Below, piece after piece: positions 33,073 through 48,204 of a stretch of DNA of 64,000 nucleotides (position 1 is its first letter; every line of letters begins with the position of its first letter). The notes beneath the pieces were generated by a model. It worked only from the letters and a program-made list of their open reading frames with translations. It made no database searches and was not told where the DNA came from. Source of the DNA: Antedon mediterranea (taxonomy: Eukaryota > Animalia > Echinodermata). A program made the translations under genes and the position numbers. The stretch lies in NCBI RefSeq assembly GCF_964355755.1, contig NC_092672.1:19109237-19173236 (forward strand). The letters are read 5' to 3'.

Positions 33073-34710
33073 AGACTCAGACAGACCAGAAGTTAAACAT
33101 TCTTCTGGTCTGCATGGGCCCACATTCATTTGTCAATTACCGATTCTTTGATTACCAATATAAATTAGAAAGGGAGCTTCTCAATATACAAACCCGGAGA
33201 ACCGAATTGGCTTCCTCTGCATCTTCTTCTCCATCCACAAGACATTTCCTCTGCCATTAAGAATGTATGTGCTAAGTTTTGTTGGTATAATTATGTTTTC
33301 AAATAAAATATAAAAATTTCACTGCGATATACAGTACCACAAGAGACACATATAATTGTATAATGTTGAACAAAATGTAAATTTGTTAATCAATATTTTA
33401 TTTATTCAGTATAGATACTCAAAATGCAACAGAAGTTGAGATTCTTCAGTTTAAAAAAAGAATAAAAATTAAACAATTATAAAAAATACAAGAAACAAAC
33501 ATCCAACAAATGCTTGATAATGATGAATATTGTTGACACAGCTTCATTCTAGGTTTCCAACCAATTAAATACAAACAGAAGAATTGGCAGAAGCAGACGC
33601 TATAATATTAATTTACTTTATCTTTTTTCAATGGGGATTTTGGAAATTATTAATTAATTGTCACTTCCAAGCTGGCTCATTAGGCTTTAAACAAATTACA
33701 ACAATTCTACAATTTGACTGCTGTTTAGATAATAAACTTGGTCCTATAAAATGTTGTAAAATATCATTACTAACCCAGCACCTGAATACCGTACTACTGT
33801 CGACAATTGTGTTTATGCGAGTGTTTATGAATCATTTTTTCCTCGAACTCTTAAGCGCAATTTACCGAAATGCCTACAACAGTCCAGTTAGATACAAACC
33901 CTGTTGCAGCTCTCGGAAAAGAAAATTACCCCCGTTTCCCGACTAGCTGCGTCCTGGCTAACCAGACAACCAAAATATAGGTCATTTAACAAAAAGGTCA
34001 TAACAAATCATAGTATTAATAGTTCACCGAACTGTTTTGAGTTTAAAATGATGTAATTTTTTTTCTCGAGTAACTGTTTCTGACAATTTTTAGAGAAAAA
34101 TGACAAAACGTAAGTTAAAAACCTTTTATTCAATTTAAACGATTATTATACAAATCGTTAATAATAAAGAACTTATACTTGAGTTTACACACTCGTTGTA
34201 AATTCGTTATTAGTGGGCGAAACATACCAACACATTATCATCAACACAATATGCTAATTTGTAATTATTAGCCGGATTTTCAGAGATAATATAAGAAACA
34301 TAGGTCTAATCACATAACTTTTGTTGAAATGAAAGAATTGTCGTAAATGTAAATGTCTAAGTTTTCTGAAGCATGTCACTCTGGAAATGTGTGTACTTGG
34401 CCATTCAGAACGGGCCTAATAGCTTACAGTAAGCAATACCTTTATATGAAATCCATTCACTGTTCAAAGTAAATCTTCAGAAGCCTTTAATTTCATAATG
34501 TATATTTTAAATTTTTGAAGCCATGCGCTTAAGTTCGAATTGTTTGAATAATGTGATTGAATATAAACATTTTTTACGGTTGATGCTTTTAATTTACTCG
34601 ATAGCATAAAGTTGAATTTAAAAAAGAACACTCAGTGATTTATTGATACTAACAATTTTAATCTCTTGTATCAATGTAGTCTCTTTAATCTATATATAAA
34701 TCGCGCGTTA

Positions 34711-34893
34711 AGCTTGGTTCCCACTAGAAGGTAACGCAAGGACGTAAACGCAACGCAAGCGTTTTAACCAATGACAAGCGAAGTTATAGACCGTTAGCAA
34801 TCACAAGCGAATAAGCCATCGCTTGTGATTGGTCAATTCACTTGCGTTGCGTTACGTCCTTCACGGTGTTGCGTCGCTAGTGGGAACCACGCT
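34711..34893. mobile_element. PIF/Harbinger-type MITE (near-palindromic)
   Basis: AGCTTGGTTCCCACTAG...CTAGTGGGAACCACGCT; TTA flanks. Confidence 0.85.
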
Positions 34894-36832
34894 TTACTTC
34901 TAGAATATAAATAAATATAAAGTTGGTTCGTACTTTCGGTACTGATTTTAACCACCTGATTTAACCCTTTTTACTAATTAAATTGAGTTAGATAATTAGT
35001 TATTGACAATTAAAACGATTTTAGGTTCAACGATTTGCCCCAAATAGGTGCGATTTTCGATCGTGGTATACACTGTCTAATGAATGGATATCCATCTGGA
35101 AATATACCACCACAAAATAATACGAAGATGTATAATTTCTTTTACGAGAATAGTTGTTTTATTAAAATAGCTGAAATTAGGTTGAACAGCTCGAGCACAG
35201 CATCATAAAATTGAAGACAGGCCGATTTTATTTCAAAAATACTATTTTGATATACGTTTATACAAATGTATTGATTGGGGATGAATGGAACATTCCAATA
35301 TAACTCTTTGGTTTAACACAAGTACCACCAGCTGTAGGTAAATGTATTGAGGAATTAACCTAAAACCTATATAGACCTTTCGATATAGTATTGCAATACT
35401 TGGACATTACTGTAAATACATATTAACCATTTTTGGTCGCCATTTGAATTTACTGTGAGTGTGGGTACTGTTAGTATTAGATATATTTAAACACATGTAC
35501 AAATAAACGTATTACTGTGAGTGTGAGTAGGCCCTACTGTTATATTATATAAACGCACAATAAACAAATAAACTTTATTACTGACAGTTGCTTCTCAACG
35601 TTTGTACTAATTTAAAATTACAAAAAATATAAACGTTGTAGTGGTGTATCGTTACATGTACTATGCTATTTCAATCGACTATGACAGTGACAGTTTTAAC
35701 AAAGTATTAAATCGCAAATGTGTTACTGTATCAAGTGGTATATTAATTATAGGCCTATAAGACATGAAGACATATTTCGTTACTGAGTAGATAAAGAATA
35801 TATTTAAAAATTGTTCTTCTTTGTACCCATATCCTCTTCCCCATCCTTCAACCCTAATGCTAAACACAAAACAAAAATTGGGTATGTTTAAAGTCACTCA
35901 TTTAGTGACAAGTTTCTCTTTCGAAAGTAATTCTAATTTTAGTTGACTAGATAAATTATTGTTTCTATTTATTCGTTTCTGTAAAACGACAATAACTATT
36001 ATAGTCATGCAGTACGTGCATTTAAAAAAAAAAAATTTACGCTGAAATATTACGGTGTATGCTAAAAAACACTTTTATAAACCTCTGACAATCGATACAT
36101 ATACAATAGGTTTATTTTGTCAATCAACTTTATGTAAGAACGTAATTACTGTGTATTGCATTTCATTATAAGATGCTTTTATTATATCAATATCCTTTTA
36201 GCTATAATGTCCATGATAAAATGAATTAAAATGTATGGTAAAATGATGTTGTGGAACTATTAAACAGTAAAATCTTATTAAATCGAAAATGAAAAAGAAC
36301 AATCTTTATATATTTATTCTAAATATTTCAAAATTTCATCTTTTATCCTCTTTTTGTCTTCTTCCTTGCCAAATATGTAAAATTAGCAGAGAATTTCTCA
36401 AAAACCATATTTATTGTAATAGCAATTCACAAAATGTACAGCATTAATTTCAGTTTGCAAAAGTTATCTGGAAAGAATTTTAATTTTAAAAAGTAGCCCA
36501 ACCAAACACAGCCACTGTCACACACAGAAACTGTGCAATTGGGACTGGACCGTTTTAGAGGTGTTTACCACCTGTTGGTCCCGATCCTTCACTAACAGTG
36601 TTAGTGAGAAGTTGAATAAATAAAAAAGAAATAAAAAAAGAGTTCTAAAAGTGGCAGCCCATTGGCTTATTTTTTGAGGTTTTAACGATAGTTTAATACA
36701 ATTAAGTGTGTTTTAAAGGTTCTGATAAGGAATAAGCTTATAGCTTGTTTATAAAATTATATTTTCATGTTGCAGAGTTTTCTTTTGAAACTTTTACGTT
36801 CTATTATTATCTATTTTATTTATTTTAATATT

Positions 36833-37262
36833 AATATAATAGCACTAAGCCAAAATGTGTTCCTCTATCTCCTCTTAAACCGCAAGTCCGATATTAGCGC
36901 CGTTTCAGCTGGGGCACCTTTTAATTCCCCTTTATCCATTAGTCTATATTAGAATGGCAAGTTTATACGAAAATGTGTTTTTTAGACCAATTTCTTCAGT
37001 ACTCCTTGGCCATTTTCCTACGTCACAATTTGGTCACTCGGTTCATTAGCAACATCAAGATAGCAAAACATGTGATCAGCGCAGTGCTTCCACCATTTCA
37101 AATTAATCTCACGGGCGGTAAGTACACTACTGAATTCATGCTCATGTTTCTACATCATGCGCACGCCGCTCCTGCCAAACATAAGATTGAGCACCATTTT
37201 CCAAACATCAAATGCAGTGATAACACTAGGCTAGGCTATGTTTCTTATTAATTACTATTCCT
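36833..37262 (+). repeat. Dispersed repeat related to 4561-4862
   Basis: Same motifs in the same order, with extra internal segments. Confidence 0.7.
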
Positions 37263-38777
37263 AAGATGCAATAGTGCGGTGGCAGGAGACGGGTGGTTTT
37301 TTTGCCATCCAACTTTTCAACGTTCAAAATTTACCAATTATAACAATGTATTATATATACGTGTCTATAACCAATTTATTAAAGTTCAATTTGGTCTTTT
37401 AATACATTTTTATGGTTATAGATATCTATTCAGTCACCTTTACAAAATCACTTTGCACTGGAATACTGGAATAATGTACGGTTATTGAAGCTTTACCAAA
37501 TTAAAAAAAGAAAGTTGATGAATTTTAGCTTTAAGTTTATTTACAGACTTATACCATGTCAAAAAATTTGTTTAAATGGAAATGATCTAATACTGCCCTA
37601 TGTAAACTCTGTAACAAAGAATCAAATGTTTGTTTCATGTACGGAGGTAGTTAGTTTCTGGAGAAAATTTAGCTGTTTTTACGCAAGTTAAAACTGCCAG
37701 ACATTGCTATTTCCTTATGTATACTCATATTAATCAACACAAAAATTGATAAATTTTTGTTACAAATTTAGACTGACATTTTATGAACAGGCTTCAAAAC
37801 CTGGCCTTTTCAATTATTTCTTAAATGAGATAGAGCTTAGATATGGGTGATATTGTAGTGATAATATTGATGATTAGGTGTTTAAAAAAATAATAAAAAT
37901 AGGTTTTTGCATTTTTTTAAATTGTTCCAAGAGCGCCAATTACGATGGGAATAACTTTTTCTCTGTGGATTCTATTGATATCAAAGCCAGTTTCTGGGTT
38001 TTTTTCTACCTTTTCTTTCTCTCTGTTCATGATGTTTTGGTTCGCTGGCACAGCTATGTCCACCAACTCATGTGTGGGCTTACATTTCGTTACAATAGAA
38101 ATACCAGGTCAATTGTGTTTTAATTTTTCAATTCGATTACTAATATTCAATCAAGCATTTCAAAGATAAAGATAACGAGGTTTTTTTTCTCTTTATTATA
38201 TAGATGCACCTTCCTCAATCATGGTTGGTTCCACAAACGTATAATATCCAAACTATTTACTGTCCAACTAGTTTTATTTACGTATGTGCACGTGCGTGGT
38301 TTTGCAACACGTGTTGCACAATTTTCTTGTCGTTTTCTTCTTAAAAAATAAAAAAAAAAATGGAAAGAAGCAATGTTAATGAGGCCGTAGCGGTACATTT
38401 ATTGCGTGGCCAATTGACCACTCAGCTGACCCCAACAACGGTAGGAAAAATGCAAATGTTTACTTATTTTTATACGGTCGATTTCTGATTCTGATAGGAA
38501 ACATGGAAGTGGCCCATTTTGCAGAAGTGATAATCTTGCAAATAAGAAAAATGATAAATAAAAAAACCCCGCGTTATCTTTATCTTTGAAATGCTTGATT
38601 GAATATTATACTATTTTCATCCTAAATGTCCATACCCTTTTTATAATGGACGATTCCATGGTTATTTTCTGCGCATTCATTTTCGCGACTTCGTTGTACG
38701 TTTTTGTGTTTGTCTGTTTCAGCATGGAGAAATGTTTCAGCGAACACGTTGTAGGCCTACGTTTTTGTGAATGTCTT

Positions 38778-38895
38778 TTTGTTGTCCTTTTCTTCAAGTA
38801 CGTTGTATGTTTCTGCGTGTACGTTGTGCGTTTCTGCGAGTACGTTGTACGTTTGTGCGAGTACGTTGTACGTTTCTGCGTGTACGTTGTATATT
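38778..38895. repeat. 21-bp tandem repeat (~5 copies)
   Basis: TACGTTGT(A/G)CGTTTCTGCG(A/T)G units; explains the overlapping spurious ORFs. Confidence 0.85.
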
Positions 38896-39350
38896 TCCAC
38901 GAATATATTGTATGTTTGTAATTGTATTTTTGGCGGTGATTGCCTTCCATAGGATAACATAAGCCGAAGTCTAGAGGGCGTTACAAAGAACGACAACGTT
39001 AAAGATTTAGTCAATGTAGTCACACATAGGATCTTACACCGGTGCTTGATATTATGAACTTCACAACTTACTAATACTAAGGCATGGTAACACACGAAAT
39101 GACATCTATAATACAATTCTTTCTCAAACTTACTTTTGTAGTTTTTATTATTTTTAGTGTATAAGGTAACATTTAAAGATCTTAACTGGTTTATATTTTG
39201 TCAGTGTTCTATTTATTTATTTTTCTTTTTCCTTCACATTATGCTCTGATCACAAATGGAACAGTTATCAATCAGGAAATATATACATAACAAAACCATA
39301 TTTTTAAGTGATAATTAATATTAATTACATCTGGTATTTGATTAGAATTA

Positions 39351-39741
39351 CAGTTGAACCTCCGTGACCTTCCAATCAAATAATTTGGTACGGCCACCTT
39401 CCATAAGCCGCCGCTGCCATTTTTTAAACTAAAAATTCTTTTTTGTATGGTAAATTAAGCGGCCACCCGGAAAATTCGTATTGAATTTTGACAACAAAAA
39501 TACAATTTTGATACTTATTGTGCTTTAGAATATTTTTATTACTAGATAAAATAAAAAAACTACACACATTTTCATATGATAAAAGCTTTTAAAACTTGTC
39601 TGAAAATCATAAATAATACTTAACCAGTAAACAATAAAATACAATTAGCTGGAGAATTTAGAGGCCTGTTGCGTTAAGAACGCCAAAAAATATCGTACAT
39701 AGCTTTTGAGATTTTGGACCTCTATCAGCGGGGTTCAACTG
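39351..39741. mobile_element. Tc1/mariner(pogo)-like MITE
   Basis: TA|CAGTTGAACC...GGTTCAACTG|TA. Confidence 0.7.
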
Positions 39742-42255
39742 TAGTCGTATTTTCAAAAGGTTAATGAACTTGGTAATTCGACCATAATAACTTTTTTTTT
39801 AATCTCAAACTCTAAAGCTGAATATCCCTGGATGTGAAAATAAATATGTAGGCCTATCTCCCATTTTGAGAGTATATTTATTGTAAACTATATGTTAATT
39901 AAGCTTTAAAAAATTGAGGAAAAAATGTTAAAATGTAAAATAAATTGATGCCAAACGGATTGCATTTAATTATAGATATCCTGTATAAGGATTTTGAAAT
40001 AAACAAACAAATAACAATTTTTGTTTTGAACTGCATATATAGTAAAAGTTACCAATTTTAATATTGTGGATCCACCACAGTTTCTTATTGGTGATCCATT
40101 AACATAATACAAGCAATTCTTGATGCACATCCCTCCATTCTAAAACATATATAAAAGCAAGGTCTCCCTCCAGTTAAACAACACTTTTGGGACTCAGATT
40201 TAGAGGTCTTAAATATAGCTTTGGTCTTTAATTAGAATCCCTTTAATTAAAGACCGGCACTAGAAGTGGTCTTACTCTATTGATAGGAAATCTAGATGAT
40301 AGTCTTTTGGACCAGACCAGATATAGGGCCGGCAAGATCCAGTAATTTTAGCGCTCACATGGCCTCTGGAGCGCGCGACAAACAATGAGAGTCGGCGTTT
40401 CACAATACGCTCTTTTATTATAACTTTCAGGCCATTTCACTATTGTAGTGATTATATGGAAACATATTATTATTATTATAGGGCTACTGTCAAACTTCTT
40501 TTGTTTTCATATATTTACGTGACGTGATTGTGATATAATATCAATCTAAACAGAAAGAAACATAAGCACAGTTTCATGTCTGTAGTCATTGATGGGAAAT
40601 GTATTTTGATTACCTATATAAAGTAAAAAAATAACTAAGATAAATTATAAAATGCCTTATTTACTGGTTATTACAGTAATAAATGATTACAGTTGTTTAG
40701 TGCGTAAACCTTATTTTAGCCACTTGTTTTCTGTTAATTGTAGGTCTAAGATGCTGTCGACAATTATTATCTTCAAGATATACAATCTGCTGTGTTTATG
40801 TCAGCACCTTGCTTAGAAAATTCTAAAAACAGTTAACAATGGGTGGATTTATTTTTTGTTATATTTTGAAGGTTTCTTAAGGGTTAAAAGTCAGTTTTGA
40901 TTAAACCAGACCTGATTAATTCAACCTCATATAAACAACCAGTAACGAATCCAAGTTGAAGTCACCATTCATATCATTCAACACAGCAATTGCTACCCGC
41001 TAATGACCCTGGGTCGAGTTCACGATTTAACATTTTGTCCCATAAAGATGTCCTGCATTCTTTTTAAAAAAGGATTATCACAACGTACTTGAATAATATA
41101 AAATAAGACCCGTCGATACAACTTTAATAATCTATTTTATATAGAAACGTCTTATTTGTGAAACAAAGCTGAAATAGAAATCTAGCTTAAGAACAAAGAT
41201 TATAAAAATAAAATACTCAATACAAACACACACAGAGATACACTACAACAAATCGTGATAGATGAATAGGCATTTCATGTTAAGTATGTTTCACCATCGA
41301 TAACATGCTATAAATTATAATATAAGACTATGTAAAATAAAACTTTTTTAATATTTTCAGCTTTTATCTTTTTTTAACCTATTTTAACCGTATTTTACAA
41401 TACAAGTTGAGTTTTGTGCAATCATTATTGTGTTATTGTTTATACATACATTTGTTTGTTATCGTGTTAATATTTGACAATGTTGTTATTTTATGAAGAT
41501 TGTGGACAAATTAGTATATAGGGCCTAAGTAGTTCAATATTCACTATATTCAATATGGCAGGCCTATCTATATTGTATGAAAAGATGATAATCGGACAAA
41601 TTAACACAGGCATAGAGTTATATACTGCCAGTTATATACTGGATATTTTGTGGCTGACCCTTACAAACAAAACAACAACATCTGATTTTTGACAAAATGT
41701 GACTGGGTAATAAAACAAATGAAATTGAATCTTTTCTTTTATATCGATACAATAATTGTTGATGTAATTTACAAATCTAATTATAGACAGTTATATTACT
41801 TCTGGTCAATTAATACGGTTACTTGACTTACATTTGTAGATGAATTGCTATCTTTGAATATACGAAACTGTCCTTCTTACAATTAATATCAATGATAAAT
41901 TATTACCTTGCGGTTTAATTGGGAATTCGTTTTAATTGATAATACAATAGCCCACGAATTAAGAGTTCAGTGATTGTGGTAGAGCAGTTGTAAAACCCCG
42001 ACAAGGTGTTGATGTAAGTTCAACATACACCGACTGTCCATGAGTTGTATTAATCTAAACAGGTGATATTTATTGAACCTTAATACTTTTAATGTACTTG
42101 AGGGGAGGTATTCACAATCACAGGTGATGCAAACAAAACCATTAACCATTTCAAATCTCAACCTACATATTAAAATATTCAAAAAACAAATATCGAAACA
42201 GTACAAAATTAGAATTCACTACAGTATTGAGTCAAAAGACTTAATATCCGTCTTA

Positions 42256-42370
42256 AGCTGGTTTTCCACTAGGCGAATTTGTTCGCACGAATCGATAGCG
42301 TCAGCTTATAATGCATGCGTATTCATGTTTTCATCTTCCAAATACGAATTCGCCTAGTTGGAAATCGGCT
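42256..42370. mobile_element. Small PIF/Harbinger-like MITE, possibly extending to ~42523
   Basis: AGCTGGTTTTCCACTAGGCGAATT...AATTCGCCTAGTTGGAAATCGGCT with TTA/TAA flanks. Confidence 0.6.
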
Positions 42371-45300
42371 TAAGCGATTTGATTCGCGCGAATCGAAATT
42401 GTGTAGGCCCTATGCGTATTAATATTTTCATCTATACTTTTTGTGACGTGGAAAAATGAGCAACCAATCATAACTCAAGAATGTTCTATTCGCGCAAATA
42501 TATTCGGTAATGGAACACTGACTTAACGAACACATTGTATTGCAATATTTAGGAGTTTGTCATTGTTTTGTTGTAGTTTCGATTTTTTTATTTTAATAAA
42601 TTTAAAATCAGTTAACGAATGTAGGCCTATTAATAAATCTATAATACACATAATTAAATGATTATCTATTAGGTCAGTTCAATAATATAATTGCTGAACG
42701 GAACAGCAAAACAAATCTGATTTCAGTGTTGTTAAATTTAAAAAAAATATATATATATAAAAAATGATATATTTATATAGTAAATGTAAAAAACAAAGTA
42801 GATTTGCAGACATGGAATTTCCATGATTTTACCAATAACGCTGAGAGAATTTATTACAAATCATATTATTGTGTAAAGAAATATTTGTTATAAACGTTTT
42901 GCTAATTTTCCGACAAGACATGACATAATTTTAGCCGTAACACCAACCATCAACAACACAACCAAATGTTTCAAACATAAACGAAGTTGTTATTTACATT
43001 CCGTTAACAACATCTTCCAAGTACAATACGTTCCGACCAACAATGACGTGATAGAAGAACAAAAAAAAAAGCAATCAAATTTAAAGTTATCAACGCTTAG
43101 TCCAGTTACACATTATGTATTTTACTGAACCTATTTACTTGTTGAAATGTACATGTTTTTTTTGTAAGGTAACGTCGTTTTTACTTATAGAATGCATCTA
43201 TGTATTTCAGCACCCACTTTCTTGCTTTGTAATAATACCGTTGACATTTATTACCAGTTTAGTTTAACACGTTAAGTAACGCGTTGTATCGCAGCAACGC
43301 AATTGCAATTTCTCTAAAGAAATATAACATTACATAGGATACTGCTTCTTTTTTTTACGCATTTTATTTTTATTTTTGTCTAATTTACAAACATTTTGTA
43401 GTAGTCTTTTTTATCGTTTTATTATACTGAATCTACTTTTAACAATGGATTTCACGTTGGAGACATAATACTTTATAGGACATATCTGTAAAAATAACAA
43501 AAATATCAATAATGATCAAATAATGTTATCAGTTATTGATATTTTTTTATTTAAAAATTAATCAAAGAAAAATTGTGAGCTTCAGTTTTCAGTCAACAGT
43601 TTATCGTTCATGTAACGTATTTTTCTGAATCTTTTACAGGCCTATTATATATTTAAAATAATATAATAAATTTCTTTTCTGATACCCGTTAAAATATTAT
43701 TAGCATGAAAGTAGATTTTGATAATTCGTTTATTGAAATTTGGAATTTTTTTTTAATTTTACAAGAAATGCCTCCATTTGGCCTCTTTCACTAAAGTTTA
43801 CATTGGCGTGCGAGAGCGTGGACTTAAGGTATTTCAAATGTGTCTTGATAAGAATATTGATAGCACGAACAGTTTAACAAGCTGTGTCCAAGTTTCGTTA
43901 TAATAGAGTAAAGAAAACAAACCGATGGTGAATTCTGTCATTAGGCATATACAATACACTCATATATACCATTAAGTACGACACGTCGGTCTTCATAGAT
44001 GTCACTTATTTATGAGCTCGTTTTTTGAGTGGTGAAACCCTGCAAAGACCCTCTTTCATAGTAATTTGTTTTTGACCTTATCTGAAACATTGATTGACTT
44101 GGCGCCGGTGGCATGTTGACCATCTTATCTTTCAGGATTCCAGTCTATATTTCTAACCTGTAAAGAATAATTATAACATTTAAAAACAGACTGATGTTAA
44201 AAGTAATTTTATTTTACGTTGTATAGTTATAAATATATAATATAGGCAAAGATCAAATTTAGCAAAACCAAATGTTCTAAAAATACTATACATAACGAAC
44301 ATAACATTTTTAACACATCAATCAGTGCCAACGCAATATGAATATTTTTACATTATTTTAAAATTATTATCATAAAAGTAATGTATTTTTTAAACATAGA
44401 GATTTTTAATAAAATATCAAAGTATTATCTATTATCTATTAACTTTATTAATCCCAGACTATAATATCATTTAAATATCCATCGTTTATCACAAAAGAGA
44501 AACAAAATCGCTAATAAAGGCTTTAACATGATTTTTTTTTCTTTTATTGTAAAACTTATCAATCCATTTTCAATTTGTTTTTATAACAGTATAAAAGGAA
44601 ACATATATTCGGTAAAATTGATATTATTGTCATATAAAATTTACATGAAATTTGTTGACAGAGCTTAGGCCATAATTATAAAACAAATAATGTATAAACA
44701 CATACATATCATCTTTTAATTATTTAAAAGCTATAAACAATCATCATAATGGTAACAGTGGATTTTCTTACGTTTTTGTTAGTTGATTTTAATTGAACCT
44801 GTTAAATTTGAAGTGTCTCTTGGGCTCATTCACGGGTCAATGTGTGGCAACTTTTGAATGCTTTATGGCATAGGTATAGCTTTGGAATGAATCGCTTCAG
44901 TTGCAATAGATTATGCTTCTGATATCACCCACAGAATTCCTAACATTCTGTTTATAAAACTGAAAGTTTTACTTCTAAATTTTCTAACAAAAATAGAAAC
45001 TTAGAGTCATGCAACATCATAAAAAAACCAGATACAGTTTTAGTATAACGTTGAGATATAGGTCTATAGGTTAAGCAATTAAATACCTGTGAATACCGTA
45101 GTCATTATATTGTTTCTCACTTAACAAAGATAATTTAAACGAAAAAAGGCATAATTCTTTTATAGGGTCTACAGTATAGATTATGCTACTAGATTGTTTA
45201 CATTAAATATTAGGCAAACTCATTTTTACCCTATTGATTAGTCATTTTCTATATCATTGTTAAATAAACTCAGAATTATTTACATTCCAAGACCACTAAT

Positions 45301-48030
45301 AATACATACTGTAATCATCTCATAGTGGTACATACAATAACCCCGTAGAACCATGTTCAACAACGTCGTTAGGCCTATCTAATAGATTAAACACTCAGAA
45401 TAACTAGGTAGTAACTTTAACAATTTTCATCTGATGAATTAGACAGATTTTATCCACCACCTGTCTTCGTCGGGAAGATTTGATTATGAACTTTACTTTT
45501 ATTTTTAACTGAAATTCGATACAACTTTTCTACAAAATATGCATGCTTTTGTTCAAATCTATTTCTTCAATATTGTCATGTTCAATTATCGATTGAAAAT
45601 GAAATGTCTGTATTTTTATTGATTTTCCACCGTATGTTTTGAAATTAAAAAAAAAATAAAACAAATTAAAACAATCCTGAGGGTTGCCTTACACTTGAAT
45701 AACCTGTTTTAATGCTAATTGTCAGTTTAATAGAAATACAATAACAACGCAGGATGTAGCAACATTCGTAAAAGAATGTTTCGGTTCAACTATCACGGTC
45801 TAGCTTGACTCATAACTTGTTCAGTTTCACACACAATCAACATTTTACAACAAAAAACAGAAAAAAACCCTAATAAATGTATTAGTAATTTGTGGGCTTG
45901 AAGCTCCTTCATCGAAGCAATTAGACATATTTGATTCTCTAACGAGAAGACTGATGCACTTGTATGTTAATCAATGACTGTATAGATTACACATGTGAAT
46001 TCACTAGATTGTTGAGTGAGTCTATTCTAGTCGCAATCACTTCTACAAAGTACCGGCGGAAGATAACAAATTTGCTACGCTCCAGTTCATCCAAAAAGGC
46101 AATGCATTTGACGGATATGCCATATGTAATCAGTACATTGAAATAAAAGTACAGTGAACGAAGATATTTAGACAACTAATTTTTAAGAATTCAAATAAAT
46201 TGATCAATTAAGTATTACAAAGTATTGGTTATACACAACTACGAGGTTTTTGTTTAAAACGGAATGGGCTTTAGTGAACTTTACTGAAAACTTTAGAAAA
46301 GTACGCTTTTCAGAATTATGTAATTTTATTTGATAAGCACATTTTTCTTTTCATTTAGTGTTAGTTAGTGAATATTAGTTAATTGTGTGTAGTTTTAACA
46401 ATATCAACTGGAATCCTTAGTCAAATTACACTCGAACAATTTCGTAACAACTAAACATGCTGGACTATATACAAACATGTGTTCTAAAAGTTACATCAAG
46501 TTATCTATTATATAAAACTTTGTAAAGAAAGTCAATACACAATGTAGTAGAGCATTCAACAACTTACATTTTCTATCATTTGGATGTAGTAAGTATTTAG
46601 AAAGAAATAATATGTACAAGTAACTTTAGACTTAGGTGAAATAAGGACGAGGGTAAAGGTTAATATATTTTCTTGGCTAGAAACTTGCAATGAAAATTAT
46701 AAATTCCCAGTGATACAAATAGTGGTTTCAAGGAAACTATAGAGAAATAGCTGTATTAGGCAGACAGTCAGTCATATTTCTAGCGCCCAAATCACTTTCT
46801 GGCGTGTGTTCAATATAATAACTTGTGACAATGCGGAACGTTATTCAATCCAAAACCAATTTCCCTTCTTATCGTCTAAAATATGTCGTTCCTTATAGAT
46901 GACTACTAACTTAGAGTGGTCAGCTGTAGCAGATACACAGTTGATGACAACACAATCTAAATTAACTAAATAGTGTCTTGTTAGGTACAAGTTTCTAAGC
47001 TTGGAATCAATAATAATAAAAACCTATACACTTTATTGTTCTTCTATCTATCCAGTAATTTTTATTATTTGTAATAGGACTTACCGGTTTAGGACATTCA
47101 ATAGATACTATATAAACTTAACTTAAAATTAAATGTAAACACATGTATTATTTAGTTTAACTGCCTAAGAGTGACATCCAAATTGGTTGTCGATGACGTT
47201 GTAACAAGGCGTATGTATCTTTTAAAATCGCTTTTAGAATAAATACAAGTTGAATTATTTTGATTTAATCATACTATTAAGTATTATGCATTGGTTAACT
47301 TATTGTATGATTAGGCCTACTACATTTATGATATGTTCCTTTAATGTAAATGTCCAGTGGGAGTTTGAGAGATCAAACAACTCATGATTATTTAGTATAA
47401 TGATATGTTTTAGGTAATGAAAAGAGACATTGATATCCACGAGTATCGACAGACACGTTGCCACGATCAAGTTCAATTAATGACAAACGTATATCTCTTA
47501 AATAAATTCCTGTTTGTCACAGTAGGCATACCAAATTTAATACAATTTGAAATTGTATTTTATATAATTAGCATAATCTGACTATATTAGATTTGAAATT
47601 GTCCCATGGTGTATGCAGATTACAAATTAAATAAAAAGATTATGAATACGGACAATTAAATGTTACTGCATGTAGTCTTATTCCACGGTGACCTATAACA
47701 TTCGGCATATTTAAATAACATGTACAGAATGCTATACCCAGTCTCAAATGTTTTCTTTCATTTATAAATCCCAAAAGAGCACTTTTGAAAACTGTGGCTA
47801 ATATTAAACTGGACCTGACTTGGTTAATTATATTTAACAAAATAAGGTTAAATGATTTAGGAAAAATTAATAAAGCTAAGTTAGCATGTGGTCTCAACAT
47901 AAGATCCGTACATTTCTTTAGAACATTAATATGTAAAAACAGTGTATTACAGTTTTCCTTGTCATTAATTTGTAATACTAATCAATATGAACTTCCAGTT
48001 AAAAAAAATCCTGTAAAAGTAAACTCAATA

Positions 48031-48204
48031 AAAATAAAATGTTACATTGTAGCATAGGCTGAACATAATTAAAATAAAATGTAACATTGTAGCATAGGCT
48101 GAACATAATTAAAATAAAATGTAACATTGTAGCATAGGCTGAACATAATTAAAATAAAATGTAACATTGTAGCATAGGCTGAACATAATTAAAATAAAAT
48201 GTAA
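48031..48204. repeat. 40-bp tandem repeat, 4.3 copies
   Basis: AAAATAAAATGTAACATTGTAGCATAGGCTGAACATAATT. Confidence 0.95.

Noticed and set aside
38586-39116. Five overlapping ORFs of 61-119 aa
   Set aside because: Produced by a stop-free 21-bp tandem repeat; no domain or splice support.
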